This document shows, in pieces, positions 19,797 through 29,408 of a stretch of DNA of 64,000 nt. How positions within the stretch are numbered: position 1 is the first letter of the stretch; every line of letters starts with the position of its first letter. The notes under the pieces are model-generated. The model did not search any database. It saw only the letters and a list, made by a program, of their open reading frames with translations, and had not been told where the DNA came from. The position numbers and the translations under genes were made by a program. Origin of the DNA: Vulcanimicrobiota bacterium (GTDB taxonomy: Bacteria; Vulcanimicrobiota; Vulcanimicrobiia; Vulcanimicrobiales; Vulcanimicrobiaceae); assembly GCA_963820825.1 (NCBI GenBank), contig CAWGBN010000006.1, positions 659,670 through 723,669 on the forward strand, given 5' to 3'.

Positions 19797-21188
19797 TTAC
19801 GGTGCCGCGGCGGCGCACACGGGGTCGCCCATCCGAGGCGGAACTTCGAACAATCGCGCGAGGCCGGGGAAACCCTCTGCATATGTCGGATGAATGTGCA
19901 CCGAGTCGTCCAGCGTCCGCCACGTTGAGCCTGATTGCATGTGGGCGATGAAGACGTGCACGAGTTCCGCGGCCTCGTAACTCACCAGCGTCGCACCGAC
20001 GATTTTATCAGTTTCGGTGTCGATCACCATCCGGTATAAACCGCGTTCCTGACCCCATTCGATCGCGCGCGCCACGTCGCTGAGTTGCACCGTTTCGGCC
20101 CGCGCCTTGATGCCGCGCGCGCAGGCCTGGTCGAAGGTGAGCCCGACGCGTCCGACTTGCGGTTCGGTGTACGTGGCATACCCGAGCACCCGATCGTCGC
20201 GCGTGCGAGTACCGCCGTCGAGAATCGACATCATCCGGCGGTAATCTTCCCACGCGACGTGCGTGAACGCGGGTTGTCCGCTTGCGTCGCCGATCGCATA
20301 GACGCCTTCACACGAGGTGCGGAACTGCGCGTCGACGTTGACAAAACCGCGCTTATCCAGCGCAATTCCCGATGCTTCCGCATGCAATGCGGCGGTGTTC
20401 GGCGTGCGGCCGGCTGCAAGGAGCAGCGCTTCCGCCTGCAGCTGCGTGCCATCCGCTAACTCCAGCGTGAACACGCCGTTCGCATAGGACGCGCGCGATA
20501 CGCGTGCGTCGAGATGTATGCCGATGCCGTCTTCCGTGAGCGATTCTTGCAGCAGCGCGCTAACGTCGGGCTCTTCGGTGTGGAGAAGGCGATCGGAGTT
20601 CTCGATGATTTGCACCTTGCTGCCAACGCGGGCCATGCCTTGTCCCAGCTCCAAGCCAATGTAGCCGCCGCCGAGTACGAGAAAGCGTGGCGGGAGCGCG
20701 GTTTGCGAGAAGAACGTGAGATTCGTCAAACATGGCGTGTCCGCGAGTCCCGGCACGCTGGGAATCCCCGGCGACGTACCGGTGTTGATGACGATCAGCG
20801 GCGCAGTGAGCTCCTCTCCGCCGCCGGTGACGATGCGCTTTCCCGTAAAGGACGCCTCGCCGCGAATGACCTCTACGCCGGCCTGTTCGAGCCGTCGCCG
20901 GGCGCCATCGCGAAACGATTTGACGATGCTGCGCGCCCGCTCCATGGCGAACGGAAAGTCAACCTCGACGGTTGCGTGCACGCCGACGTTGGCTGCGCGT
21001 CGCGTGCGGCCGGCACTATGCGCCGCCGCGAGAAACGACTTCGAAGGCGTGCACCCATAGTTAATGCAGCTTCCGCCGATTTCGTCGCGCTCGAACATAA
21101 CCACGCGCTTCCCGCGTTTGGCGAGGTCGACGGCGAGGGGCACTCCGCCTTGTCCGCTACCGATGACGATGACGTCCACTTGTCTCAT
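19797..21188 (-). CDS. Flavoprotein disulfide reductase (MerA/RclA/Lpd-like)
   Basis: GSGQGG, GGSCINYGCTPSK, GGGYIGLE, HPTYAE. Confidence 0.9.
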   Translation of the reverse strand: MRQVDVIVIGSGQGGVPLAVDLAKRGKRVVMFERDEIGGSCINYGCTPSKSFLAAAHSAGRTRRAANVGVHATVEVDFPFAMERARSIVKSFRDGARRRLEQAGVEVIRGEASFTGKRIVTGGGEELTAPLIVINTGTSPGIPSVPGLADTPCLTNLTFFSQTALPPRFLVLGGGYIGLELGQGMARVGSKVQIIENSDRLLHTEEPDVSALLQESLTEDGIGIHLDARVSRASYANGVFTLELADGTQLQAEALLLAAGRTPNTAALHAEASGIALDKRGFVNVDAQFRTSCEGVYAIGDASGQPAFTHVAWEDYRRMMSILDGGTRTRDDRVLGYATYTEPQVGRVGLTFDQACARGIKARAETVQLSDVARAIEWGQERGLYRMVIDTETDKIVGATLVSYEAAELVHVFIAHMQSGSTWRTLDDSVHIHPTYAEGFPGLARLFEVPPRMGDPVCAAAAP

Positions 21189-21338
21189 ACGGCCCCATTC
21201 GCCCAGAACGCCGTTAGCGCCCGGGCTCAAGATCCGGCTGGTTGCGAATCGGCGGGCAGTCGCCCGATTGGTACGGTCGATCAGGACGGCCAAGCATGAG
21301 GGCGTGAACGGCTTTTACTAACCGTAATTGGGGGATCA

Positions 21339-21794
21339 ATGGACGAAGCGCAAGTCGAGCAGTCGAGCTATGAGATGCCACCGCAGGAGGGGTTTACCGT
21401 CGCGCACTTTCTTACAGTGGCCGACATCGAGCGATCTGTCGAATTCTACAAAAAGGTCTTCGGAGGAAAAATTGTGAGCAGAGGCGACGAGAACGGCGCG
21501 CCGCCGTACATTAAAATCGCAAATACTTGGCTCATTCTCAACGTTGGGGGCGGTCCAACACCGGACAAACCGACCGTAACGCTCCGGCCTCCTCCCGACC
21601 CCGATGAGATCAGCAGCTTCATGAACATCCGCGTTGCGGATATTCAAGCGTGCTACGAGCTCTGGCGAAGCCGAGGAGCGACGTTTCTCACCGAACCCAT
21701 AGATAAGTACGGAGAGATCCGATGCTACATCCGCGACCCCGACGGTTACATCATCGAAGTCGGGCAGAGCAAACCTGGGATCAAGTATGGCTAA
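21339..21794 (+). CDS. VOC/glyoxalase family protein
   Basis: VADIERSVEFY...RDPDGYIIEV. Confidence 0.9.
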   Translation: MDEAQVEQSSYEMPPQEGFTVAHFLTVADIERSVEFYKKVFGGKIVSRGDENGAPPYIKIANTWLILNVGGGPTPDKPTVTLRPPPDPDEISSFMNIRVADIQACYELWRSRGATFLTEPIDKYGEIRCYIRDPDGYIIEVGQSKPGIKYG

Positions 21795-21803
21795 GAAGGC
21801 GCA

Positions 21804-22319
21804 GTGATAACGAGCGACCTGCACGGGATCGGCTGGGACGCTTTAGCGGCCATCGGTTCTATCGTCTCCGCCGCCGTCGTGCTGGTCGGCGGAGCGGTCG
21901 CTGTTTATCAGTTGCGCGAGACGCGCCGCGCCGCGCAATTCGATGCTACGCAGCGAATGGTCGATCGATTCTTCGAGCTTGACTTCAACCGCGCGCTGCG
22001 CTTCGTGATCAATGATTTACCGAACCGGATGCGGGATCCGGAATATGCAGCCGAGCTCGAACGTTCGCGTGGATGGGACGTCGACCCCGAACGCCATCCA
22101 GAGTTGATCGTCTTAGGCCGGCTTGAGGAAACTGGAATCTACCTACGCCACCGATTACTATTGGGAGACGCACTGCTTGACTTCGACGCGATCTTGATAT
22201 TGCAGAGTTGGGAGCACCTAAGAGACGTCGTCGATCTGATGCGGAAATCGCACCGTAACCCGCGCGTCTGGAGTAATGCCGAGTTTCTCTACGAGCGTGC
22301 GAAGGCGGTGCGGCAGTAG
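21804..22319 (+). CDS. Membrane-anchored hypothetical protein (DUF4760-like)
   Basis: N-terminal TM followed by a helical domain. Confidence 0.6.
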   Translation: MITSDLHGIGWDALAAIGSIVSAAVVLVGGAVAVYQLRETRRAAQFDATQRMVDRFFELDFNRALRFVINDLPNRMRDPEYAAELERSRGWDVDPERHPELIVLGRLEETGIYLRHRLLLGDALLDFDAILILQSWEHLRDVVDLMRKSHRNPRVWSNAEFLYERAKAVRQ

Positions 22320-22341
22320 AAGGCCGGGCCCCACGATACAC

Positions 22342-23373
22342 TCACATCCCCCGCTCCGGCGTCCGACGAAGAACACCAACCTTTTTGTGCGCGATGAGCT
22401 CGAAGCGGAAAATTAAATATCCGGGCAGCATGGGGAGCAAGCAGGTGAACACGCGCAACAGAACTACTCCAGCAGCGGCGGCCGCGAACGGCACACCGAA
22501 GACGTGCAGCACAGCGAGCGCGGCGGCTTCGAAGGAGCCTAATCCGCCGGGGATCACGGAGACCATGGCAAGGGCTGAGGCCAGCATGTAAGCGACGAGC
22601 GCGTGAATAGGGGAAATCGGGTCGCCGAGCGCTTGGAAAATCGCCCATAGCGTTGCTATGTCTAGCACGAAGACGGTCAACTCGAGGAGCACTACCCACA
22701 GGCTAGCTTTTGCTCCGACGCGGAGGTTCTGTGGCGATTCGGTTGTCGCAGCCGCGAGTTCTCGAATCACGCGAAAGCGTAGGAGCCAAGCCGGCCATCG
22801 CGCGAGTTCCGCACGCGCAACGAGTAGCCAGGCTGCTGCGACGACGACAATGAGTGCGATCGTGAAGAAAAGGACGAAGCTGCGAACGGTGGGGCCGAAT
22901 CCCGGCTCGAACCAAAGTACGGCCGCGGCCAGCGCAACCATGAGCAGGAACGCGGCCAAGTAACCCACGGCATCGATGGTCATAGCGGCAATCGCCTCGC
23001 CGCGCTTCACGCCACGATCTATGAGGCCTCTCATGATCATCAGGCTGCCCCCGAGGCCGAGCGTTGGGACGAGCTGATCCACGAACACCTTCTCGATCCC
23101 GAGCGCCGCTATGCCGACTAGGTTGGTGTGCACAGAAAAGCGTCTCAAGACCATATGCCATGCGCCGCCGGTGAAGAAATAGGTTCCGACCTGAAGGAGT
23201 ACGATGAGCGCGATCCATTGTAGTCGCAAGTGAAACAGCAGGTCGGCCGCGGTACTCTCTTCTCTGAACGCAAAGCTGGCACCGAGAATGAGCACGATTA
23301 GCACGGCATTGGCGATCACGACCGACCATTTGATCTTGGGCCGTCCCCGATCGTTGAATAGATCCGTGGTCAC
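22342..23373 (-). CDS. Lysylphosphatidylglycerol synthase TM / flippase-like protein
   Basis: Multi-TM; IPGGLGSFEA and LLR motifs. Confidence 0.85.
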   Translation of the reverse strand: MTTDLFNDRGRPKIKWSVVIANAVLIVLILGASFAFREESTAADLLFHLRLQWIALIVLLQVGTYFFTGGAWHMVLRRFSVHTNLVGIAALGIEKVFVDQLVPTLGLGGSLMIMRGLIDRGVKRGEAIAAMTIDAVGYLAAFLLMVALAAAVLWFEPGFGPTVRSFVLFFTIALIVVVAAAWLLVARAELARWPAWLLRFRVIRELAAATTESPQNLRVGAKASLWVVLLELTVFVLDIATLWAIFQALGDPISPIHALVAYMLASALAMVSVIPGGLGSFEAAALAVLHVFGVPFAAAAAGVVLLRVFTCLLPMLPGYLIFRFELIAHKKVGVLRRTPERGM

Positions 23374-23644
23374 GGTCTAAATGGGGTTCCGTAGGTTCGC
23401 GGCGCCTCCCGCCGCGTCTGCGCCCTGGCAGCGCCTTTCCCAGGAAGCGGTATCTTGTTGCCCGTAGAGCGTGTGAACCATGCATGCTCTACCCACGGCA
23501 TTCGCCTCAGCCGGTGTCAAGATCGTCGTCGAGATGACCGGCGGTCGAAACGGCGCTAAACTGAACCCGGTACCCAAGTATACTCCGACCAACTAAAAAG
23601 ATATGTGGCCAGTGTTGCCATTGCGCCCGGAGTGAAAGACTGAA

Positions 23645-24320
23645 ATGTGGCAAGACCTGCGACGCACGGCAGTGAGTGCGGTAATCGTAGGATGTGCAGC
23701 GCTCTCGTTTCTGGGAACGACGCCGAGCGCGTCGCCCTCCGCCCCGCCTCCGGCGTGGGGCGCATTCGAGTACGCTTGGTCGAGCATCGCTGGATATAGC
23801 ACAACGATCGTGGCCTTCGAGCAGATGGGTGCTCAGGTGCAGAACGTCGTGTTCGACTACACTTTTCATAAGCCGTCGAGCGCGACGGTACACGTCATCG
23901 CAGGCCCGAACGCCGGAGGGACCCTCGAATGGAGCGGTGGCGACACGGTTGTCGCCCATCGCGGCTCAGGTTTCCTTGCAATGTTTAAGAAGTCGTTCTC
24001 GTTGCACGATCCGGTCGTAACCACGATTCGCGGCTCGTCAATCGATCAGTTGAGCTTTGCCGCAGTTCTTTCCCATGGTGAAAATACGCAGGGAACGACG
24101 TCTCAGGCGCCCGGTCCGGTGATTTGGAGGCGTCCCGACCCAAGCCGTAGCGATGGTCCCCACCTCCGCACTCGCCAACGCCGGGTTGACGCTCGAAATC
24201 GTCGACCTCTCGTCCACGACGTACATGCCGGTGCGCGTACTCGGATACGCCGGCTCTACACTCGTGCGCCGGGTCGATTTCTCCAACACCAAGCTCAATA
24301 TCTCAGGAGGCGCGCCGTAG
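23645..24320 (+). pseudogene. LolA-like exported protein with one frameshift near 24123
   Basis: Paralog of 7619..8281; homology resumes in another frame (GGVPTQAV...YMPVRVLGYAGSTLVRRVDFSNTKLN) to TAG at 24320. Confidence 0.7.
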
Positions 24321-24371
24321 AGTCTGTCAGCTCGTCTCCTCCGACGAACTGTAAGACATTGGAAGTTTTGC

Positions 24372-25280
24372 GTGACGCCGATGAACTTTGATTACCATCT
24401 GGTACGAGTCGATGAAGTGACCTTTGAGTGCTCGGGTGAGCTCGCCGGCATGTACAAGTTGAGCCCGTGCGTTTGGCTAGAGAATGGTCGATTCGAGTTG
24501 CTTCTACGCGTAGTGAACCATTCGGACAATCCCGCTGAGAAAGTAGCGAGAATCCATCACGGTTGGTCTGCGGACGGGTTGCGCTTTGTGCTCGACGGCA
24601 CGCCGGCGATAGCTCCGGGCCCCGATGTGCCGGGTGCCTACGATAGCGGTGGTTGCGAAGACCCCACCGTCGCTCGGGTTGCCGGCAACTACTACGTCTA
24701 CTATTCCGGCTGGAACGAACACCTAAAGCGAGGCGAACTTCTGCTGGCGACCGGCCCCGACGTCCACCATTTGCAGAAGAAGGGCATCGCGCTCGAATCG
24801 TCCCAGCGGGTCATCAACCCCAAGGAGGCTACGATCGTGCAGGCTTCCGACGGCACGTGGCGCCTGTTCTTTGAGTACGCCAATGAAGGCAAGTCGAAGA
24901 TTGGGCTTGGCCAATCCGCGAACGTCGCAGGACCTTGGCACGTATTGCCGCCCCTGTTCGAACGTCGTCCGCAGAGCTGGGACTCGTGGCACCTCAGCAC
25001 CGGCCCGATCCTCGAATGGGAAACTGGTAATCCCGTCATGTTTTACAACGGCGCAACGGCGAGCGCGCAATGGCGCATCGGTTGGATTGTGTTCGACGCC
25101 GATTACACTCAAGTCTTAGGTAGGTCGGACCTGCCATTAATTCTACCGCAGGTCAGACGTAGCGTAGAGGATTCAGACATCGCCTTTGCCGCTTCTAATG
25201 TCCGGCTAGCAGATGTAATTTATCTCTACTATTCTGTGGCCGACCGATACGTAATCAGGGCGATCATTTCTTCCGATTAA
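24372..25280 (+). CDS. Five-bladed beta-propeller glycosidase/phosphorylase (GH130-like)
   Basis: GCEDPTV, MFYNGA, YLYYSVAD. Confidence 0.8.
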   Translation: MTPMNFDYHLVRVDEVTFECSGELAGMYKLSPCVWLENGRFELLLRVVNHSDNPAEKVARIHHGWSADGLRFVLDGTPAIAPGPDVPGAYDSGGCEDPTVARVAGNYYVYYSGWNEHLKRGELLLATGPDVHHLQKKGIALESSQRVINPKEATIVQASDGTWRLFFEYANEGKSKIGLGQSANVAGPWHVLPPLFERRPQSWDSWHLSTGPILEWETGNPVMFYNGATASAQWRIGWIVFDADYTQVLGRSDLPLILPQVRRSVEDSDIAFAASNVRLADVIYLYYSVADRYVIRAIISSD

Positions 25281-25554
25281 GGAGGGGCAATTCGCGAGTA
25301 GGGCAACGTTCCCGAGGGTTCCCAAAAGATTCGACCTTTGATTCGATCCTTGGGCGGCGAACTTGCGCGAGGCTTGAGAGCGTAGCGAGCACGCGGCGTT
25401 CCTTGTGGACACGCTTGAAGAACCACGCTTCCGCCGAGGGGTATCGCATCGGCATTAAAACGTTGCGCGATCGTTTGGACCGAGCGCTGCTAGATCTATC
25501 GTTGGGCTGACTCTGGGGCGGCTCGCTTAAAAAGAGTCATCGCGCGCCGGGAGC

Positions 25555-26879
25555 CTATTCGCGCGGATCAGCGAGCCACCGCAACGCGCTCAGACTCGGA
25601 AGAAAGCAATACTCGCCCCCTCGCGTGATCACGAATCGCGACAAGCCCTTCAGCTGTCGCCGAATCGGCCGGCGCGGGATGGTGTACGTTCCCTCTCCGT
25701 CGGCGGCGCCGGAAACCGGATCGCGCTCTTTGCCGTCACCGAAAAACGCGCCGTCGTTCATCCACTCCGATTGAACGAATTCAAACTGCCGCCCGATGTT
25801 CGCGCCGACGAACGCAAACATCAAACCGCGATCGGCACCGTCGTCCTCGAGGACTCCCTCGGGAAGCGGCGGACCGTAGCCGCTTCCGCGCCGGATCATG
25901 CGATGGATCCGCATCACGCCGGCGATGTCCGCATCGCGCGGATTCATGCGGCGGATGTGCGCAGCCGAGCGGCGTCTTATAACCGATTGCATCGTCGGCC
26001 TTGAAGAGAAAGTTATTGTTGCGCTTGGGGTCGGTGCCGATCTCCGGATCGATCACCATCGGGCGATAAGGCTAAGGGCGCGCCGCTGCGCCATCGCCCC
26101 ATCATCTTTGCCGCGACCAGCTCTTCGTCCGCGGCATCGGTCGCATTGGCTCGCAGGTACTGACGAAACGCCGCCACCCGCTGATGGAGCTTGCGGAAGA
26201 CGATGAAGCTGCCGTTACGGCCGAGAACCTCGGGCTGCGGGATGATGGGCGTGTCGCTCATCTCGTCGGGATAGCCCAGCACGAACTCGCCGGGACGCAG
26301 TGGTACTTCATTGGGATTGGTTCCAGGAATACCGCTGCCCTCAATCGCTGGATGGCTGATGCCGTCTTTGAAGCCGAACGGCTCCTTTTCATCTTTGAGC
26401 ACGCCAGAATCCTGACGCCATATCGCTTCGACGCCGGGTAACTTCTGAAGCGTGCCTTTCGCACGTTCCACTGCCGGATGAAGCTGCGCTTCGCTGGTCG
26501 ATACGGCCGTGATGACGACGTGAACGTCGGGCGTTCCGAACGGCTTCTCCCAATGCTCGGGGCCGCGCTCACCTATGTCGCCCAAAAGGTGGGCGCGCGC
26601 TGCCATGCCTTGCGCGAACTGTGGCGGAAAGCTCGAGAGTGACGCCTCCGGAACCCCCAGCGCGCGGAGCCCGGCAAACGTGAGCGCCGCGCTGACCCAG
26701 GTGTCGCGCGTCGGACTCTTCGGATGAGCCGCCGACGGGATGGCGCCGCTCAGGCGACGCATTAATTCGCATCCCGCGGCTCGGTCGTCGATGCGTAAGA
26801 TGATGTACGTCGCGGCAAAGGGAGTCGGGCGAGGCCGCAAGACGCCGCTTTGAATATCGTCGAGTTCTAGAGCCGGCAT
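25555..26879 (-). CDS. Dyp-type heme peroxidase, split by two apparent 1-nt insertions (~26050, ~25963)
   Basis: DIQ, FGFKDGISHP, GEFVLGY, GRWRSGAP, AHIRRMNPR, RRG..YG, QFEFVQ, GGEYCF across three frames. Confidence 0.88.
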
Positions 26880-26885
26880 GCGTTG

Positions 26886-27893
26886 CTACTTCGTGGCGAG
26901 GTTTTTCCAGAAATTGGTGAGGCTTTCGTCGCCGCCAAACAGCGTCGTAAAGATGGTCGAGTCCGCAAAAAGAACGTCGCCGGCGCGGTTGCCGGACGGC
27001 GGCATCCACAGGAACATGTTGATCTCGCGGTTACCAGCCTCGGTAAACGGATGCGGTTTGGACATATCGATCGGCTGCCGCGCCAGCACGTGGATGGCAT
27101 TCGAATCGTCGGTCGTCACGGCGTAATGCGGCAAATGCATGTGAAAGACGAAGGTGCTCACGCCGCTCAGCCAGCCGCGACGATCCAAATCACCCGCGAC
27201 CGAGAGTGGAACGGTTTTTGTCGTGCCGGAATGCGTTGCGGGCCGCAGACCCCACTGGTTTACGACGGGAGTCCCGAGCCCTTTCATCAAGGACCGCACG
27301 TACTTGGTAAATCGTTGTTGACGCGGAACTAACGGGTCGCCGTGATGATGGTACTCCATGTTGCGCAAATTTGGATCGTCGGACGCGCCGACGTCGTGAT
27401 GCGGTCCGAGAATCAGACACGTTCCTTCACGAGCGAGGAAGGCGCGCAGGGCCTCGACCTCCTCGGGCGCGGCCTCCTGTTCGGTGGCCATGTGGTCGAG
27501 CCCGAAGACCATTAGCGTATCGGTGTCGGCGAGGATCCGCTCGTCGATCGGCAATCTTTGACCGGCCTGATCGACGCGTTGATAGACGGCTACGGGATGG
27601 CCCGTTACTTCGCCCACGACGCGCTGAAAGTTCAGCAGCGAGAGGTGGAACAGTTCTAAAGTTCCCTCGATGCCCTGCAGGAACATCTTGTCCGAATATG
27701 CTTCCGTTTCGTACGCGGGCCACGCCACCCGGCGCACTTCGGTCATCGTCGAGAAGCGGTTATCCAAAACTCGGACGTCGCGGTTGGATTCCCCGGGATA
27801 GCTCCAGGTCCAATAGACGCTGAACCGGCGCTTCCCCTTATCGTATTTGCGCGGTAGATGGAGTTGGTTATAGGTTCGACCGGTCGTCGTCAC
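26886..27893 (-). CDS. Conserved-looking His-rich hypothetical protein in Dyp operon
   Basis: 335 aa; GPHHDVG, EYHHHGD, FHMHLPHY; tightly packed with neighbours. Confidence 0.8.
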   Translation of the reverse strand: MTTTGRTYNQLHLPRKYDKGKRRFSVYWTWSYPGESNRDVRVLDNRFSTMTEVRRVAWPAYETEAYSDKMFLQGIEGTLELFHLSLLNFQRVVGEVTGHPVAVYQRVDQAGQRLPIDERILADTDTLMVFGLDHMATEQEAAPEEVEALRAFLAREGTCLILGPHHDVGASDDPNLRNMEYHHHGDPLVPRQQRFTKYVRSLMKGLGTPVVNQWGLRPATHSGTTKTVPLSVAGDLDRRGWLSGVSTFVFHMHLPHYAVTTDDSNAIHVLARQPIDMSKPHPFTEAGNREINMFLWMPPSGNRAGDVLFADSTIFTTLFGGDESLTNFWKNLATK

Positions 27894-28450
27894 TGCATTT
27901 GGTCGAGCATGTCGCTCAGCGATTGCTTCACGTGCAAGGCTTTCTTGATCTCGTCGGCGGAGACGTACGGGTACTCGCCATACTCCATGAAGCTTGGCCG
28001 ATGATGCTCTCGCACGAACTTAATGAACGCCGGTACGTTGCTCTTCCAGTCCTCGGGGAAGCCTTCCAGATTTTCGAAAGCCGTGTTCAACCCGGCCTGG
28101 GCGAAGAGCGCCACCGCGTCGTCGGTGTACTTGTCGAAGTCGGTATCGAAGATGCCTTGATACATGAAATACGTCTCGTTATTGATGTCGAAGAGCACCC
28201 ACTTTAGATAGTGCAGCTTCAGTGCTGCCAAGTAGTCGGGATCATCTTTTAACGCTTTTTCGATGGTGTCGGCATACGCACGCATCGCGGCCTCGCGGCC
28301 CGGCCTAAGCTTCGCGATGATCGTGAATCCGTAGCATGCCGGGGTCTTAGGGAAAACCGGGCCGTAGTTGCCTTCCTTATACTCGAAGTACCCGCCCTTC
28401 GGGATCGCCATCGCTTGTGGCTTGCTCCAGTCGCCGTCTTCCGTCGCCAT
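27890..28450 (-). CDS. Hypothetical protein, first gene of Dyp operon
   Basis: AGGAG RBS; LHYLKW, FDTDFDKY motifs; 4-nt overlap with the next gene. Confidence 0.8.
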   Translation of the reverse strand: MATEDGDWSKPQAMAIPKGGYFEYKEGNYGPVFPKTPACYGFTIIAKLRPGREAAMRAYADTIEKALKDDPDYLAALKLHYLKWVLFDINNETYFMYQGIFDTDFDKYTDDAVALFAQAGLNTAFENLEGFPEDWKSNVPAFIKFVREHHRPSFMEYGEYPYVSADEIKKALHVKQSLSDMLDQMQ

Positions 28451-28529
28451 AGCCTTCTCCTTGTGATCGTGAGGCGTGCGGCTTCGTCCCCGCAGGCGAG
28501 GGCCCCTCGTGTGGTGATATACTGGCTAA

Positions 28530-29408
28530 ATGTTGCCTGCTGCACCAACGCCTGCGCCGGTGGCTACGCGGGCCCCCGCGCGCACGGATCCATGCGGCGG
28601 CTATCAGGAGCTTCTTAAGAAGTACTTATCTGCGTCACCGTGCGTCTTCGTCGCTGGTCAGGCAAGCGTGCAGATGACGTACTCCGGCACCAACGTTCCC
28701 GAGGTTCTCACCCACAGCGCCAACGGCAAGACGACGACGTTTACGATCTCGAGCCATGCCTTCGGCTATCCCGGCACGCTGCTGCACGTGGGCGTTTCGC
28801 CGACCTCGCAGATCACGATCGTGCTGCCGTCGTTTTCGCAGATCAACTCGACGCAAAACGGAATCGCCGCCGGGACGGACGATATGGAATTCCGCTACAA
28901 ACAGCTTGTCTATTCGAATCCAAAGGCTGGCATCTTGGCCGGCGTGCTGGCGACCTATCAAGCTCCGACGGGTTCCCCCGCGCTCACGGCGGCAGCACCG
29001 TCGTACGAGATCAACCCGTTGCTCAATATCGCATTAAACAAGCAACGGTCAATTGGCGAGAACCTCTCATTTCCGGTGACCAACGCACCCCCGGCGCAGC
29101 CGGGCGGTTCGCGTAGTTGGAGCTTTGCGCCGCAGGCGGTGACTTTCTGGCGCTCTCCGGGCGGGACGCTGCTCGCGATCGTCGCGCAGTACGGATTTCC
29201 GTCCAACGGGCTTTACTTAACGCTGAATACCGCGCAGCTCATCTCGCGGAACTTTCAAATCCAGGGAACGTACGGCGGCAACAATGCGCCGGTCGATTAC
29301 GTGAATCCCGTACAGGATGTCCCGCACGCCGTGGGCACGGCTTATAGCCGGTCGTTTACCATCGGTTTCAGTTATCTCATGGGTTACAGTGAGGCTCCGA
29401 CGCGGTGA
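28530..29408 (+). CDS. Hypothetical beta-rich protein (possible outer-membrane barrel)
   Basis: Amphipathic beta strands, APTGS motif, aromatic C-terminal strand; TGnTATACT 6 nt before ATG. Confidence 0.6.
   Translation: MLPAAPTPAPVATRAPARTDPCGGYQELLKKYLSASPCVFVAGQASVQMTYSGTNVPEVLTHSANGKTTTFTISSHAFGYPGTLLHVGVSPTSQITIVLPSFSQINSTQNGIAAGTDDMEFRYKQLVYSNPKAGILAGVLATYQAPTGSPALTAAAPSYEINPLLNIALNKQRSIGENLSFPVTNAPPAQPGGSRSWSFAPQAVTFWRSPGGTLLAIVAQYGFPSNGLYLTLNTAQLISRNFQIQGTYGGNNAPVDYVNPVQDVPHAVGTAYSRSFTIGFSYLMGYSEAPTR

Noticed and set aside
19390..21188. Mercury resistance (merA plus transporter)
   Set aside because: The reductase lacks the C-terminal vicinal Cys pair of MerA, the two genes are convergent, and no merR is present.
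23377..23592. 71-aa ORF as a real small protein
   Set aside because: Weak TTG start directly after an in-frame stop and no recognisable motif; it cannot be supported.
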